A stretch of DNA of 64,000 nt, from positions 1 to 64,000 of IMG/VR virus record IMGVR_UViG_3300008267_000014. One strand, 5' to 3'. Within the stretch, counting starts at the first letter, position 1, and every line of letters starts with the position of its first letter. The notes under the pieces were generated by a model. That model did no database searches. It was not told the DNA's origin and saw only the letters and a program-made list of their open reading frames with translations. This DNA comes from a virus. This document shows, piece after piece, positions 51,834 to 62,123 of the stretch. The position numbers and the translations under genes are program-made.

Positions 51834-52488
51834 TAGGGTCTATATATTGTTCACAATATTCTAATAGGTTTTTAGGTGTATTGATTTCATCATTTTTTAA
51901 TGTATGAAATTCCCCTATTAAGTATTCTATTTTATTAAATAATTCAGGATTTATATTTTTAAGAATATCATATTCCGCCCCCTCACAGTCTATTTTTAAT
52001 AGTTTAATTTTATTAACCTTTTCAGTTTTTAAAATGTCATCTATAACTACATTAATGGGTAATGATTTAATAATATTTTTATAGTATAAACCAACGGGTT
52101 CTTCATATACAAAAGATGAACCACCTGTATTACCAACTGGCATATTCATTATAACATCTCTACCATCAGAAGTGATTGCGTTATTAAAAATCCTTACATT
52201 ATTTATATTATTTAATTGAATGTTTTTACTTAAACAATGAAATGTATTATATGTTGGCTCAAATGAAAATATTTTACAATTAGGATTAACTTTAGATAAA
52301 TAAGTTGAAACAACACCTACGTGAGCCCCAATGTCAATAATAACATCATCATCATTTATTTTTAATTCATTTAGATGGTATTCTTCTTTCAGTTCTTCAT
52401 AAATCCAATATACTGAATTTGATTTTTTATGGTCGTAAAATTTAATACGTTCATCTAGTATTCTTATTTCTTTAAGTGAGTTTATCAT
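51808..52488 (-). CDS. FkbM-family SAM-dependent methyltransferase
   Basis: IIDIGAHVG, FSFEP, KLLKIDCEGAEYDIL, GEFH. Confidence 0.9.
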   Translation of the reverse strand: MINSLKEIRILDERIKFYDHKKSNSVYWIYEELKEEYHLNELKINDDDVIIDIGAHVGVVSTYLSKVNPNCKIFSFEPTYNTFHCLSKNIQLNNINNVRIFNNAITSDGRDVIMNMPVGNTGGSSFVYEEPVGLYYKNIIKSLPINVVIDDILKTEKVNKIKLLKIDCEGAEYDILKNINPELFNKIEYLIGEFHTLKNDEINTPKNLLEYCEQYIDPKKIKVRFL

Positions 52489-53393
52489 AATTCAAATTCA
52501 ATATCGTAAGCTTTATCTTTTTCAAGAGATTTTATAATATCATTAACATTAAATAATGTTTTGGTATCAAATGGAAATTCGGTAGGTTTACCTGTAATAT
52601 CGTAAGGTTGTAAATAACTTTTTTGAGTTGTATGATGAACTATTTTAGCATCTGTCACAATATTATCATGTAAATCATAACCAAATACTTTTGGATTATT
52701 CACGACCCAACAAACTGTTGATGGTATATTAAGTGCCGTTGATATATGTTGACAAACTGAGTCAATGAATAAACGTTTATCTGAATACATTATCATAATA
52801 GCGATTTCTCTCATTGGTTTAGTTAAACCTTCAGCACCGTTAATTAAAATTTGTTTTTCACCTTTAATTTGGAAGGTATGATAACCTAAATTATTATAAT
52901 GTCTAACAATTTTCTCACAGTCTATTACAGGTAAATCTCTAGCCCAAGAATAACCTTCTTCATAAGAACCACCGAATGGTTGTATTAAAAAAATTGGTTT
53001 ATTTATTTTTGAAATAATTGTATTTCTAACATATGAAATTTCTCTTTGTGAGAAAAATAATTCAGGTTGTTCACCGTTATATGGTATATTAAATAAATCA
53101 CACCAAATTTTAATTAAATGTGCTCTTTCGTATAAATAATCTTCAGTATCATAAGGATTTAAAATCATTATTTTACTGTTTTTATTTTTAACATAATCAT
53201 CGTAGAAATATTTTAATTCACCGAATTTAAATATTTTATATACGTTAGGATTATTATACCATAAATCATCCCAAGCTGTAACAATGATAATTTTACTTTG
53301 AGGGTATTGTTTTTTTAATGCTTTAATAACGGCGGTTGCCATAACATTTTTACCCGCACCCCCTTTTATTTCGAAAATAATATATTCGTGCAT
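52485..53393 (-). CDS. GT-B glycosyltransferase (GT9 / heptosyltransferase-like)
   Basis: GGAGKNVMATAVIKALKKQYP..NNPNV, IDSVCQHISTALNIPSTVCW; ATGA overlap with the methyltransferase. Confidence 0.75.
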   Translation of the reverse strand: MHEYIIFEIKGGAGKNVMATAVIKALKKQYPQSKIIIVTAWDDLWYNNPNVYKIFKFGELKYFYDDYVKNKNSKIMILNPYDTEDYLYERAHLIKIWCDLFNIPYNGEQPELFFSQREISYVRNTIISKINKPIFLIQPFGGSYEEGYSWARDLPVIDCEKIVRHYNNLGYHTFQIKGEKQILINGAEGLTKPMREIAIMIMYSDKRLFIDSVCQHISTALNIPSTVCWVVNNPKVFGYDLHDNIVTDAKIVHHTTQKSYLQPYDITGKPTEFPFDTKTLFNVNDIIKSLEKDKAYDIEFEL

Positions 53394-53481
53394 ATGAATA
53401 GTTTTAAATAAAAAAATATAATATTAAACGAAAAACTAAACTGTGCGGATTGATATTTATATTATAAAAAAATAATATATT

Positions 53482-56400
53482 ATGACTGATTTTAGTTCTC
53501 TTGGGGGTGTTGGTATCATTGGGTTTATTTCACCTAAAGGTACAAATGATACTTATGCGGTTATTGACCCTACTTATGGTGTCGATGGTTTACGAAATGT
53601 TAACACAACTTCTGATTTAGATTTAATAACAACCGAAAGAAGACGTGCGGGTATGATTGTCGGTGTCTCTGGTGGTACGACATATTATAAATTAAACCCT
53701 GAACCTTGGAACTATAGCTCAACCGATTGGTCAATCTTTTATACAGGGGAAAATGCATTAATTGGTGTTAGTCTTGTTAATGGGGATTTAATTTTTACAA
53801 ACGCAACCGGAGGGACGATTACGATTTCGGGTATTAGTTCTAATGAAATTTATTGGACTTCAGGCTCAACTGGAAATTTCTCAATTAAGGCTAATAATGA
53901 TAGTGGGTTAGACGCTATAGGTGATTATTCATTAGCCGAAGGGTATGATACAAAAGCTATTGGTGATTATTCATTTGCCGGTGGTTCAGGAACTACAGCA
54001 ACGACAATATCGAGTGTTGCATTAGGTGTTAATAGTATTTCAAATGCTACCAATGTTTTAGAATTAGATACACCGATATCAATTTATTATACTAATTTAA
54101 CGACTGAAGATTATTGTAATGATTATGGACTTTATATGATAGTAATACCAAATACTAATCCGTATATTGATTTTTATGATTACATTTTTAATAGACAATC
54201 GACATTTATATTAAGTGGTAGTAGTGGTACTAAAATAGTGAACAATACTACAATTAGTGTTGATGATGTTTATGTGAGTTATGATACATTTTTATTTTTT
54301 TATGATTGTGAAAATGGTACTGATTATACAATAATTAGTGGTAATACTTTCATTGATACAACGGTTAGTGGTAGTTCAGCATTTGCGTTTGGGACTAATT
54401 TAAAATCTTGTGGTTCTAATAGTTTTGCTGAAGGTAGATGTAATAGTGCTATTGGTTCATATAGTCATTCTGAAGGATATAAGACAACTAGCTTAGGTCT
54501 TGGTAGTCATTCTGAAGGTAGTTGTAATATATCTTGTGGACGTTATACTCACTCTGAAGGTGGTTTAACTACTGCTATAGGTAGTTATAGTCATGCTGAA
54601 GGATATAATACTTCTACTATTGGTGATTATACCCATGCTGAAGGATATAATAGTAAAGCGATTGGGTTATATAGTCATGCTGAAGGATATAATACTATCG
54701 CTTGTGGTCAATATAGTCATGCTGAAGGATATAATACTATCGCTTGTGGTCAATATAGTCATGCGGAAGGGTATAATACTATTACTTATGGTCAATATAG
54801 TCATGCTGAAGGGAATTGTTCAAAAGCTTGCGGTTTTGGGTCACATGCTGAAGGTGGTGGTGTTTATTGTAGTGGTAACTATCTATCAGGAGGTGTTGCG
54901 ATTGGTCCTGGTAGTCATGCTGAAGGTATATGTACCCTTGCATGTGGTGATGGTAGCCATGCTGAAGGGTATGGTGCTGGTGGTGTTGGTATTTGTGGTA
55001 TATGTTATAGAACAATTGCATCAGGTTGTGGGTCACATGCCGAAGGGTTAGTAACAACCTCTATTGGTAGTGGGTCACATGCGGAAGGTGGGTTTGCACG
55101 ATGTATTACCAATTGTGTTGGACAAAGTTATACCGTTATTTATCTTGGTGGTACGGCAATTGGTGGTGGTAGTCATGCTGAGGGAGGTAATACTAGAACA
55201 TCAGGAATTACTAGTCATGCAGAAGGATACGGAAGTACATCATTTGGGTTTGGAGGACATTCAGAAGGAATTCATTCGACCTCAATCGGAAATGGGTCAC
55301 ATGCTGAAGGTGGGTTTTATATCCCTACAGCGTTTACAGGTGATATTTGTTATATTAGTGGGGGTGTTGCTATAGGGGATAGTAGTCATGCGGAAGGTAT
55401 TGATACTAAATCTTGTGGTGTTGCAAGTCATGCTGAAGGTAGTGGTACTACCGCTTATGGTTTTGTTAGTCATTCGGGTGGTATTAATACAATTGCTTCT
55501 GGGAATACATCATTCATCCATTCAACCAATTCTGTTGTAATTGGTGATAGAAGTGTTGTGTTAGGAGGTCAAAATATAACAGGTGATACATCAGACACTG
55601 TTTATGTGCCTAAATTAAATATCGGTACATTAGGTACAGGGTCTAGTATTAATAATTTAGGTATCGATGTTAATGGTTTTATTGTGACTGGAACAACTTC
55701 AGGTGGAAGTTTTACAGGTGGAACTGTAAATGGTGATACTAATTTTACAGGTGGATTATCAGCTAATACATTTAGTGCTAGCACATATTTTAATTTACCT
55801 GAAAATCCATATTGGACATCAGGTTCAACTTGGAACGGTGCAAATTATCCGATTAAAGCTAATAATGATAGTGGTTTAGATGCAACTGGTAGTTATTCAG
55901 TTGCAGAAGGTTATGGAACATGTACTATTACGTTAGCGATTAGTAGTCATGCTGAGGGACATCGTACCACAACATTTGCATGTGGTAGTCATTCCGAAGG
56001 TAGTTGTACTACGGCTTACGGTTGTTTTAGTCATAGTGAAGGTTTTTGTACTAAATCTTGTGGATGTAATAGTCATGCTGAAGGTTGTTTTACAACATCA
56101 ATAGGTAATAATAGTCATTCTGAAGGTTCGTGTAACATATCTTGTAATAATTCAAGTCACGCTGAAGGTTTTTGTACCACATCTTTTTGTTCTTATAGTC
56201 ATACTGAAGGAACTGATACTAAAACTTATGGTCAATATAGTCATGCTGAAGGACAATCGACAACAACTAGTGGTCAAAGTAGTCATGCTGAAGGTAATTT
56301 AACGACATCAATTGGTAGATATAGTCATGCTGAAGGATATTCCACTAATTCTTGTGGTTGTTATAGTCATGCTGAAGGTGAATGTTCCGATACTTGTGGT

Positions 56401-57030
56401 AATTATAGTCATGCTGAAGGAACTATAACCGTTTCATCGGGATGTGGTAGTCATGCTGAAGGTATTTGTACCACATCTATAGGTAAACACAGTCATTCTG
56501 AGGGTAATAATACTAAATCATGCGGATGTGGTAGCCATGCTGAAGGTTATTATACAACTTCAATTGGTTTTTATAGTCATGCCGAAGGTTGTGGAACTAC
56601 CTCTTTTACTGATTATAGTCACGCTGAAGGTATTTGTACGGTATCATTATCATTAGGTAGTCACTCAGAAGGGTTTTGTACTACTGCTGGAAATTGTTTT
56701 TCACATTCGGAAGGAATTTGTACTTTGACAATAGGATGTGCTAGTCATTCAGGTGGTATTAATACGATAGCTTCAGGTGACACGTCATTTATCCACTCAA
56801 CAAATTCAGTTATAACCGGTAATAGAAGTGTTATTTTAGGAGGTCAAAATATAACAGGTAGTACTGATGATACAGTATATGTCCCTGATTTAGTAATTAG
56901 AAAATCTCAAATAGTTCCTACAGGTAGTACCCATAATATTGGTGAAAATGGGTCTGTTACTTGGGATAATGATAATTTCTATTGGAAGGCTAATGGTTTA
57001 TGGTTAAAAATTAGTGGAATAACTTTTTAA
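53482..57030 (+). CDS. YadA-like (SHAEG repeat) Cys-rich fibre/adhesin 2
   Basis: N-terminal DTYAVID..GLRNV..ERRRAGMIV domain, two SHAEG blocks, C-terminal GSVTWDNDNFYWK domain. Confidence 0.75.
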   Translation: MTDFSSLGGVGIIGFISPKGTNDTYAVIDPTYGVDGLRNVNTTSDLDLITTERRRAGMIVGVSGGTTYYKLNPEPWNYSSTDWSIFYTGENALIGVSLVNGDLIFTNATGGTITISGISSNEIYWTSGSTGNFSIKANNDSGLDAIGDYSLAEGYDTKAIGDYSFAGGSGTTATTISSVALGVNSISNATNVLELDTPISIYYTNLTTEDYCNDYGLYMIVIPNTNPYIDFYDYIFNRQSTFILSGSSGTKIVNNTTISVDDVYVSYDTFLFFYDCENGTDYTIISGNTFIDTTVSGSSAFAFGTNLKSCGSNSFAEGRCNSAIGSYSHSEGYKTTSLGLGSHSEGSCNISCGRYTHSEGGLTTAIGSYSHAEGYNTSTIGDYTHAEGYNSKAIGLYSHAEGYNTIACGQYSHAEGYNTIACGQYSHAEGYNTITYGQYSHAEGNCSKACGFGSHAEGGGVYCSGNYLSGGVAIGPGSHAEGICTLACGDGSHAEGYGAGGVGICGICYRTIASGCGSHAEGLVTTSIGSGSHAEGGFARCITNCVGQSYTVIYLGGTAIGGGSHAEGGNTRTSGITSHAEGYGSTSFGFGGHSEGIHSTSIGNGSHAEGGFYIPTAFTGDICYISGGVAIGDSSHAEGIDTKSCGVASHAEGSGTTAYGFVSHSGGINTIASGNTSFIHSTNSVVIGDRSVVLGGQNITGDTSDTVYVPKLNIGTLGTGSSINNLGIDVNGFIVTGTTSGGSFTGGTVNGDTNFTGGLSANTFSASTYFNLPENPYWTSGSTWNGANYPIKANNDSGLDATGSYSVAEGYGTCTITLAISSHAEGHRTTTFACGSHSEGSCTTAYGCFSHSEGFCTKSCGCNSHAEGCFTTSIGNNSHSEGSCNISCNNSSHAEGFCTTSFCSYSHTEGTDTKTYGQYSHAEGQSTTTSGQSSHAEGNLTTSIGRYSHAEGYSTNSCGCYSHAEGECSDTCGNYSHAEGTITVSSGCGSHAEGICTTSIGKHSHSEGNNTKSCGCGSHAEGYYTTSIGFYSHAEGCGTTSFTDYSHAEGICTVSLSLGSHSEGFCTTAGNCFSHSEGICTLTIGCASHSGGINTIASGDTSFIHSTNSVITGNRSVILGGQNITGSTDDTVYVPDLVIRKSQIVPTGSTHNIGENGSVTWDNDNFYWKANGLWLKISGITF
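54669..54764 (+). repeat. Exact 42-bp tandem repeat (about 2.3 copies)
   Basis: ATATAGTCATGCTGAAGGATATAATACTATCGCTTGTGGTCA repeated. Confidence 0.9.
55699..55914 (+). repeat. 216-bp direct repeat, copy 2
   Basis: About 91% identical to 46131-46346. Confidence 0.85.
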
Positions 57031-57075
57031 ATAAAATAAAAAAATAATAAATTAAAAAGTATTTATTAAATAATT

Positions 57076-59031
57076 ATGACATCTATCCAAATTACCGAAA
57101 TATCAGGATTAACATATCCTTATGATATCTATGTTTGTGATGTTTTTGGTAATCAATGTTTATTAGTGGCCACTATTAATAGTGATGTACCACCAGTAAA
57201 TACTTTAGTATTACCACCACAATTTAATACCGCTCCTGCAGTTGGTGTTAAAATAGTTTCACATGATTGTGTTAAATTTAACATAGTTTATTGTTATTTG
57301 GTTTATACTAGAACGCCTACGCCAACACCTACAGTTACACCAACGATTACACCAACGAACACTCTAACACCTACTAACACTGAAACACCTACTCAAACTC
57401 CTACAAATACCGTTACACCAACTAATACTGAAACACCTACTGTTACGCCAACTCCAACTAACACTGAAACGCCTACTCAGACCCCAACTAATACGATTAC
57501 ACCGACTAATACTGTCACACCTACTAATACTGAAACGCCGACGCAAACTCCGACTAATACACTAACACCTACAAATACCGTAACTCCCACAAACACTATT
57601 ACACCTACAAATACTGAAACACCAACGGTTACTCCGACACCAACAAATACTATCACGCCAACTAATACAATTACACCAACTGTTACACAAACACCAACAA
57701 ATACTCTTACGCCTACTAACACTGAAACCCCTACAGTTACCCCAACTAATACTCTTACGCCAACAAATACCGAAACTCCTACTCAAACACCTACAAACAC
57801 CATTACGCCAACAAATACTGAAACGCCGACTCAAACTCCTACAAATACTATAACACCTACTAATACTGAAACGCCGACGCAAACTCCGACTAATACGGTC
57901 ACACCGACTAATACTGAAACACCTACACAAACCCCAACTAATACGGTTACTCCGACAAATACTATAACACCAACTAATACTGAAACTCCGACTCAAACAC
58001 CTACTAATACGGCAACACCTACTGTTACACAAACACCTACTAATACTGAAACTCCAACACAAACACCTACCAATACTATTACTCCGACAAATACCGAAAC
58101 TCCAACACAAACTCCGACAAATACGGTAACCCCAACAAATACTGAAACTCCAACACAAACACCTACCAATACTGTTACACCAACTAACACCGAAACGCCT
58201 ACTCAGACCCCTACCAATACTTTAACACCGACTAATACCGAGACACCAACACAAACTCCTACTAATACAATTACACCTACCAACACCGAAACGCCTACAC
58301 AAACACCAACTAATACAGTCACACCAACTAATACGGAGACCCCAACTCAAACCCCTACTAATACGATTACACCTACTAATACTGAAACACCTACTCAAAC
58401 TCCAACCAATACGATAACACCAACTAACACCGAAACGCCTACTCAGACCCCGACCAATACTCAAACACCGACTAATACGATTACACCTACAAATACTGAA
58501 ACCCCTACCGTTACTCCAACTAATACTGTTACGCCGACCAATACAGAAACTCCAACACAGACCCCTACTAATACCCAAACTCCAACTAACACAATCACAC
58601 CAACAAATACTGAAACGCCTACTCAGACCCCAACTAACACAGTTACACCTACTAATACTTTAACCCCAACTAACACTCAAACTCCTACTCAAACGCCTAC
58701 AAATACTATAACACCTACTAACACTGAAACCCCTACACAGACACCTACCAACACGATAACACCTACTAATACTGAAACACCAACGCAAACACCGACTAAT
58801 ACCGAAACACCAACGCAAACGCCAACAAATACGATTACACCTACGAATAGTGAGACACCTACACAAACGCCAACTAATACGGCAACGCCAACATATACCC
58901 CATCAATAACACCATCGTATACACCATCGGCAACACCAACTTTAACACCATCACCAATAGTGGGTGATTTCTTATTACTTGAAACCGGTGATTATTTATT
59001 ATTAGAAACAGGTGATAAGATTATATTATAA
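57076..59031 (+). CDS. Mucin-like Thr/Pro-repeat protein
   Basis: Cys-containing N-terminal domain, ~550 aa of [15 protein letters not shown][IVL] repeats, C-terminal LLLETGD repeat. Confidence 0.8.
   Translation: MTSIQITEISGLTYPYDIYVCDVFGNQCLLVATINSDVPPVNTLVLPPQFNTAPAVGVKIVSHDCVKFNIVYCYLVYTRTPTPTPTVTPTITPTNTLTPTNTETPTQTPTNTVTPTNTETPTVTPTPTNTETPTQTPTNTITPTNTVTPTNTETPTQTPTNTLTPTNTVTPTNTITPTNTETPTVTPTPTNTITPTNTITPTVTQTPTNTLTPTNTETPTVTPTNTLTPTNTETPTQTPTNTITPTNTETPTQTPTNTITPTNTETPTQTPTNTVTPTNTETPTQTPTNTVTPTNTITPTNTETPTQTPTNTATPTVTQTPTNTETPTQTPTNTITPTNTETPTQTPTNTVTPTNTETPTQTPTNTVTPTNTETPTQTPTNTLTPTNTETPTQTPTNTITPTNTETPTQTPTNTVTPTNTETPTQTPTNTITPTNTETPTQTPTNTITPTNTETPTQTPTNTQTPTNTITPTNTETPTVTPTNTVTPTNTETPTQTPTNTQTPTNTITPTNTETPTQTPTNTVTPTNTLTPTNTQTPTQTPTNTITPTNTETPTQTPTNTITPTNTETPTQTPTNTETPTQTPTNTITPTNSETPTQTPTNTATPTYTPSITPSYTPSATPTLTPSPIVGDFLLLETGDYLLLETGDKIIL
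57313..58956 (+). repeat. Coding low-complexity repeat (12/18-bp degenerate units)
   Basis: ACN-CCN-ACN-AAY-ACN pattern with synonymous variation. Confidence 0.95.
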
Positions 59032-59067
59032 AAAAAAATATCGGTCATTTCTAACCGATATTTTTTT
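59032..59067. terminator. Bidirectional terminator at the strand switch
   Basis: AAAAAAATATCGGT / ACCGATATTTTTTT. Confidence 0.8.
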
Positions 59068-59086
59068 ATTAAAGCTTAAAGTGTAC

Positions 59087-59686
59087 TTACCAAATACCTT
59101 GTTGTTTCATATAACCTAAAACACAACAATAAGCATCTGATTGGTCAAAATTTTCTTTTTTAAGTGTATTATTTTTAGTGTATAACCATTGTATTTGTGG
59201 TTCTTTTTTTGCGACTTTTTCCCAAATTATCATTTTTTTATCGATGTCTTTAGGTAATCCTCCGAATAACACATGTTTACCTTTATCATTAACTTGGACT
59301 AATTCGGGAAATGCATATTTTCTTGAATTGTAAGTTGAAATGAATTTAGGTACAATTCCTAAAGTATCATAAATTTCTTTACAAAGAAATGAGTTAAATC
59401 TTAATAATGTTTGAACTGTGTTAATGTTATTTGAATTTAACAAAGGTTCTTCAATTATTACGTTAACGATACCCATACCTTGATATTGGATTAATTTTTT
59501 CTTAAAAATTTCAGCCTTTAAAAGTAATTCGGTGATTTTACAATCTTGTTTAGGTTTAGGTTGTGGTGAAATATGACATAATTCTAAAAGTTCTTTATCG
59601 ATAATATCAAATAATGCCCAACCAATTGTTCTGGTTGAGATGTCTAATCCTAATACTTTTGGTTTTTCTTTTAATGGTTTTTTCAT
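59087..59686 (-). CDS. RuvC-like Holliday junction resolvase
   Basis: VLGLDISTRTIGWA, VIIEEP, FDQSDA acidic motifs. Confidence 0.75.
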   Translation of the reverse strand: MKKPLKEKPKVLGLDISTRTIGWALFDIIDKELLELCHISPQPKPKQDCKITELLLKAEIFKKKLIQYQGMGIVNVIIEEPLLNSNNINTVQTLLRFNSFLCKEIYDTLGIVPKFISTYNSRKYAFPELVQVNDKGKHVLFGGLPKDIDKKMIIWEKVAKKEPQIQWLYTKNNTLKKENFDQSDAYCCVLGYMKQQGIW

Positions 59687-59689
59687 AAA

Positions 59690-62080
59690 TTAAAAATCGA
59701 ATTTTACGATAAATTGCTGAATACCTTGTCTAAGAGTTGGAGATTGCAGCTTAGATATAATCATAAGATTTTTATTTGAGTCGTAAAGACTAATTTCTGT
59801 AATATATGATTTTGTACCTTTAGTCCAAGTAGGATTAGATGAAGTTAAAAATTCAGATTTTGATAAGTTTAATTTATATTTCATTTCATAAATTGTTGCT
59901 TGTATATCAGTTTCTAAATTACCATAGAAATAATATTCATCTCCAAAATTAAGAGTTTGACCTGTATCACCAATCGTTGATAATGGTATATAATCATTTA
60001 AATCATAAAAATCGGCGGCATCATAAGCGTCTTTTGTAATAACAAATGTTGTACCTGTTAATGTATTTTGTGTTAGATAACCATTAACTGTTGTCGCACT
60101 TACTTGGTCTGTAACGTCAATAATTCTCCATTCATCAGATAGCGGTCTTGTATCACCTGATACTTTTTGACAGATAAGTTCAATTTTTTCGGCAAAAAAA
60201 CCTTCTTTAAATGTATTATCGTAATCAGTCAAACAAGGGAAATTACCCCCAAAACTAACACCTACATTATCTGAATTCGAAGTACTACAATCATTAGGTC
60301 CAAAAATATTAACATAATAATTACAATGTATTGAATTGGTAAAAGCGCTTGTATTTGTGAATCTGTACGTTACGTACATGTTTTCACTACCGCCTGATAA
60401 TACACCTATATTACTACCATTACTTGAACCACATGTGTTAGGTGATACTAAATTTAGTTTAGGGGCTGGTAATGTCCAATTACGATTAGATTTATATGAC
60501 ATTGCGGCAACGATTTCTTCATCGTCTATAATAATGATATGGTCGTCAGGAAAAACTTTACCAATTCTACTTGGTAATCCATTAGACACTACATGTGTAT
60601 CCCATAGATTAAAATATCTTAAACCAGGTGTGTTCATGTCCTCATTTTTAGTTGATTTTAAATATTCGACTTGAAATAAATCAACATCATCAAAATTAGG
60701 TGGGTCAACCCAAAAAGTTTCACCATAACAACATTCAGGGTTTTTATGCCACATTAACCAAGGAATGTGTAGTTTGAAATTTCTAGCTTCACCTGTTGAA
60801 CTTGTTGGTGATGATGGGTCAAATGGTTCTAATGCGAATTTTTCACCATAGAATGAATCTATAGTTTGATTCGTATAATGTATCACAGCAATTGCTTTTT
60901 GTTTTTCAGGTGTTACTGTAACTTTTTGATTAAATGAGTCATAAAAATAAACAGAATCAGTATCTGTTTGACCACTAGAATTCATGTAACCAAAATATTC
61001 TTTAGCACCAATATAATTTATTGAACCAAAACCTGTGTAATCAACATTAATTGATGATACGATACCTGCAGGACTTTCAGACCAAGGAATATTCATATTC
61101 CAAATCTTAACGTTAAACTCGTCTTGATTACATACCGATTCAAAATTAATAACATCATCACTCCAATGATTAAGAGGTGTGACGCTATCATATAAATCAG
61201 TCATAGTATTAGGATATACAATTACCCTAGCATAACAACTTGTGAATGATATTGATGAATAATCAGGGACTGGTCTATCTAATGTATAACTATCATTACA
61301 TATATCAACAATTCGATATGTTAACATAGGGTAACAAGAACTCATTGTCATTGAACATTCTGTTGAAACAACAGGTGTTGGGTTAGGACAATATGTTGCC
61401 GAAGGGGTTGGTGTTGGTGTTGGTGATGAACAAGGTGTACCACTAACAGGTGTTGCTGATGGTGTGGGTGTCGGTGTTGAATATTGAGAACTTGTTGGTG
61501 TAGGTGTTGGTAAATTAATACAACTACAATTATTATCGCCTAATTTATCATAGTAAATTGTGATAAAATCGCCAATTGATGGTGAACTATAATTGGTTGG
61601 ATTACAATTTAAATTGATTACTTTTATTGTTGTACCACCTGTTAATGTTGACATGTCAATAACGTAATTAGAGTTAACAACATAATCATTTCCGGTTAGA
61701 GTACTCCAATTAGTTGGTAATGATGTAGTATCACCGGTAAAGAAACCTCTCATAGCCGCTGTATTATAAATTGGGCTAACTACTGAATCCATATATGGAA
61801 TACCGTAAGTGTTTCCAACAGTACCATCAACATAATATGGGTATTTTACGTTACCTTTATTAGATTGTGGTACACCACTACTATTTTGAGAATTAAATGA
61901 TGGTGTTAATACCATACTGTTAGATTGTTGGTAGGTTGAGGGTAAATTATTATAATTTATCTCACTATCCCCAATTTGAAAGTAACTAATATTAAAAGTA
62001 CCTTGAGATAATTTTTGTCTTGCGGTATCGGTTAATTTTGTATTTACTAACGCTGATGTATTTTTTAATATAAATGACAT
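59690..62080 (-). CDS. Baseplate / tail-fibre-attachment structural protein
   Basis: N-terminal KLTDTARQKL..FQIGDSE and C-terminal YITEISLYDSNKNLMIISKL resemble tail-collar-fibre motifs; internal PTPT tract. Confidence 0.55.
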   Translation of the reverse strand: MSFILKNTSALVNTKLTDTARQKLSQGTFNISYFQIGDSEINYNNLPSTYQQSNSMVLTPSFNSQNSSGVPQSNKGNVKYPYYVDGTVGNTYGIPYMDSVVSPIYNTAAMRGFFTGDTTSLPTNWSTLTGNDYVVNSNYVIDMSTLTGGTTIKVINLNCNPTNYSSPSIGDFITIYYDKLGDNNCSCINLPTPTPTSSQYSTPTPTPSATPVSGTPCSSPTPTPTPSATYCPNPTPVVSTECSMTMSSCYPMLTYRIVDICNDSYTLDRPVPDYSSISFTSCYARVIVYPNTMTDLYDSVTPLNHWSDDVINFESVCNQDEFNVKIWNMNIPWSESPAGIVSSINVDYTGFGSINYIGAKEYFGYMNSSGQTDTDSVYFYDSFNQKVTVTPEKQKAIAVIHYTNQTIDSFYGEKFALEPFDPSSPTSSTGEARNFKLHIPWLMWHKNPECCYGETFWVDPPNFDDVDLFQVEYLKSTKNEDMNTPGLRYFNLWDTHVVSNGLPSRIGKVFPDDHIIIIDDEEIVAAMSYKSNRNWTLPAPKLNLVSPNTCGSSNGSNIGVLSGGSENMYVTYRFTNTSAFTNSIHCNYYVNIFGPNDCSTSNSDNVGVSFGGNFPCLTDYDNTFKEGFFAEKIELICQKVSGDTRPLSDEWRIIDVTDQVSATTVNGYLTQNTLTGTTFVITKDAYDAADFYDLNDYIPLSTIGDTGQTLNFGDEYYFYGNLETDIQATIYEMKYKLNLSKSEFLTSSNPTWTKGTKSYITEISLYDSNKNLMIISKLQSPTLRQGIQQFIVKFDF

Positions 62081-62123
62081 TTTATTATTTTAAATTTTAT
62101 TTATTCATGTTCTGATTTAGTAT

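Noticed and set aside
51808-53393. Invertible (shufflon-like) segment
   Set aside because: No flanking inverted recombination sites were recognised and no invertase is in the window.
2363-53440. Second promoter class TT(G/T)ANN-N16-TAT(C/T)TT at 2363, 29032 and minus 53440
   Set aside because: Only three degenerate matches in very AT-rich DNA, which cannot be separated from chance without a statistical test.
46131-55914. Diversity-generating retroelement TR/VR pair
   Set aside because: Mismatches are mostly synonymous and not adenine-specific, both copies are coding, and no reverse transcriptase is in the window.
46330-58956. CRISPR array (recurring AGTCATGCTGAAGG or ACNCCNAC units)
   Set aside because: The repeats are degenerate, in frame and protein-coding with 42-bp or 12/18-bp periods, not repeat-spacer arrays.
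2545-60674. Antisense and alternate-frame ORFs (e.g. 4161-4760, 23659-24147, 54593-55051, 57562-58158, 60336-60674)
   Set aside because: They lie inside long genes and are explained by codon bias or repeats; no recognisable motifs.
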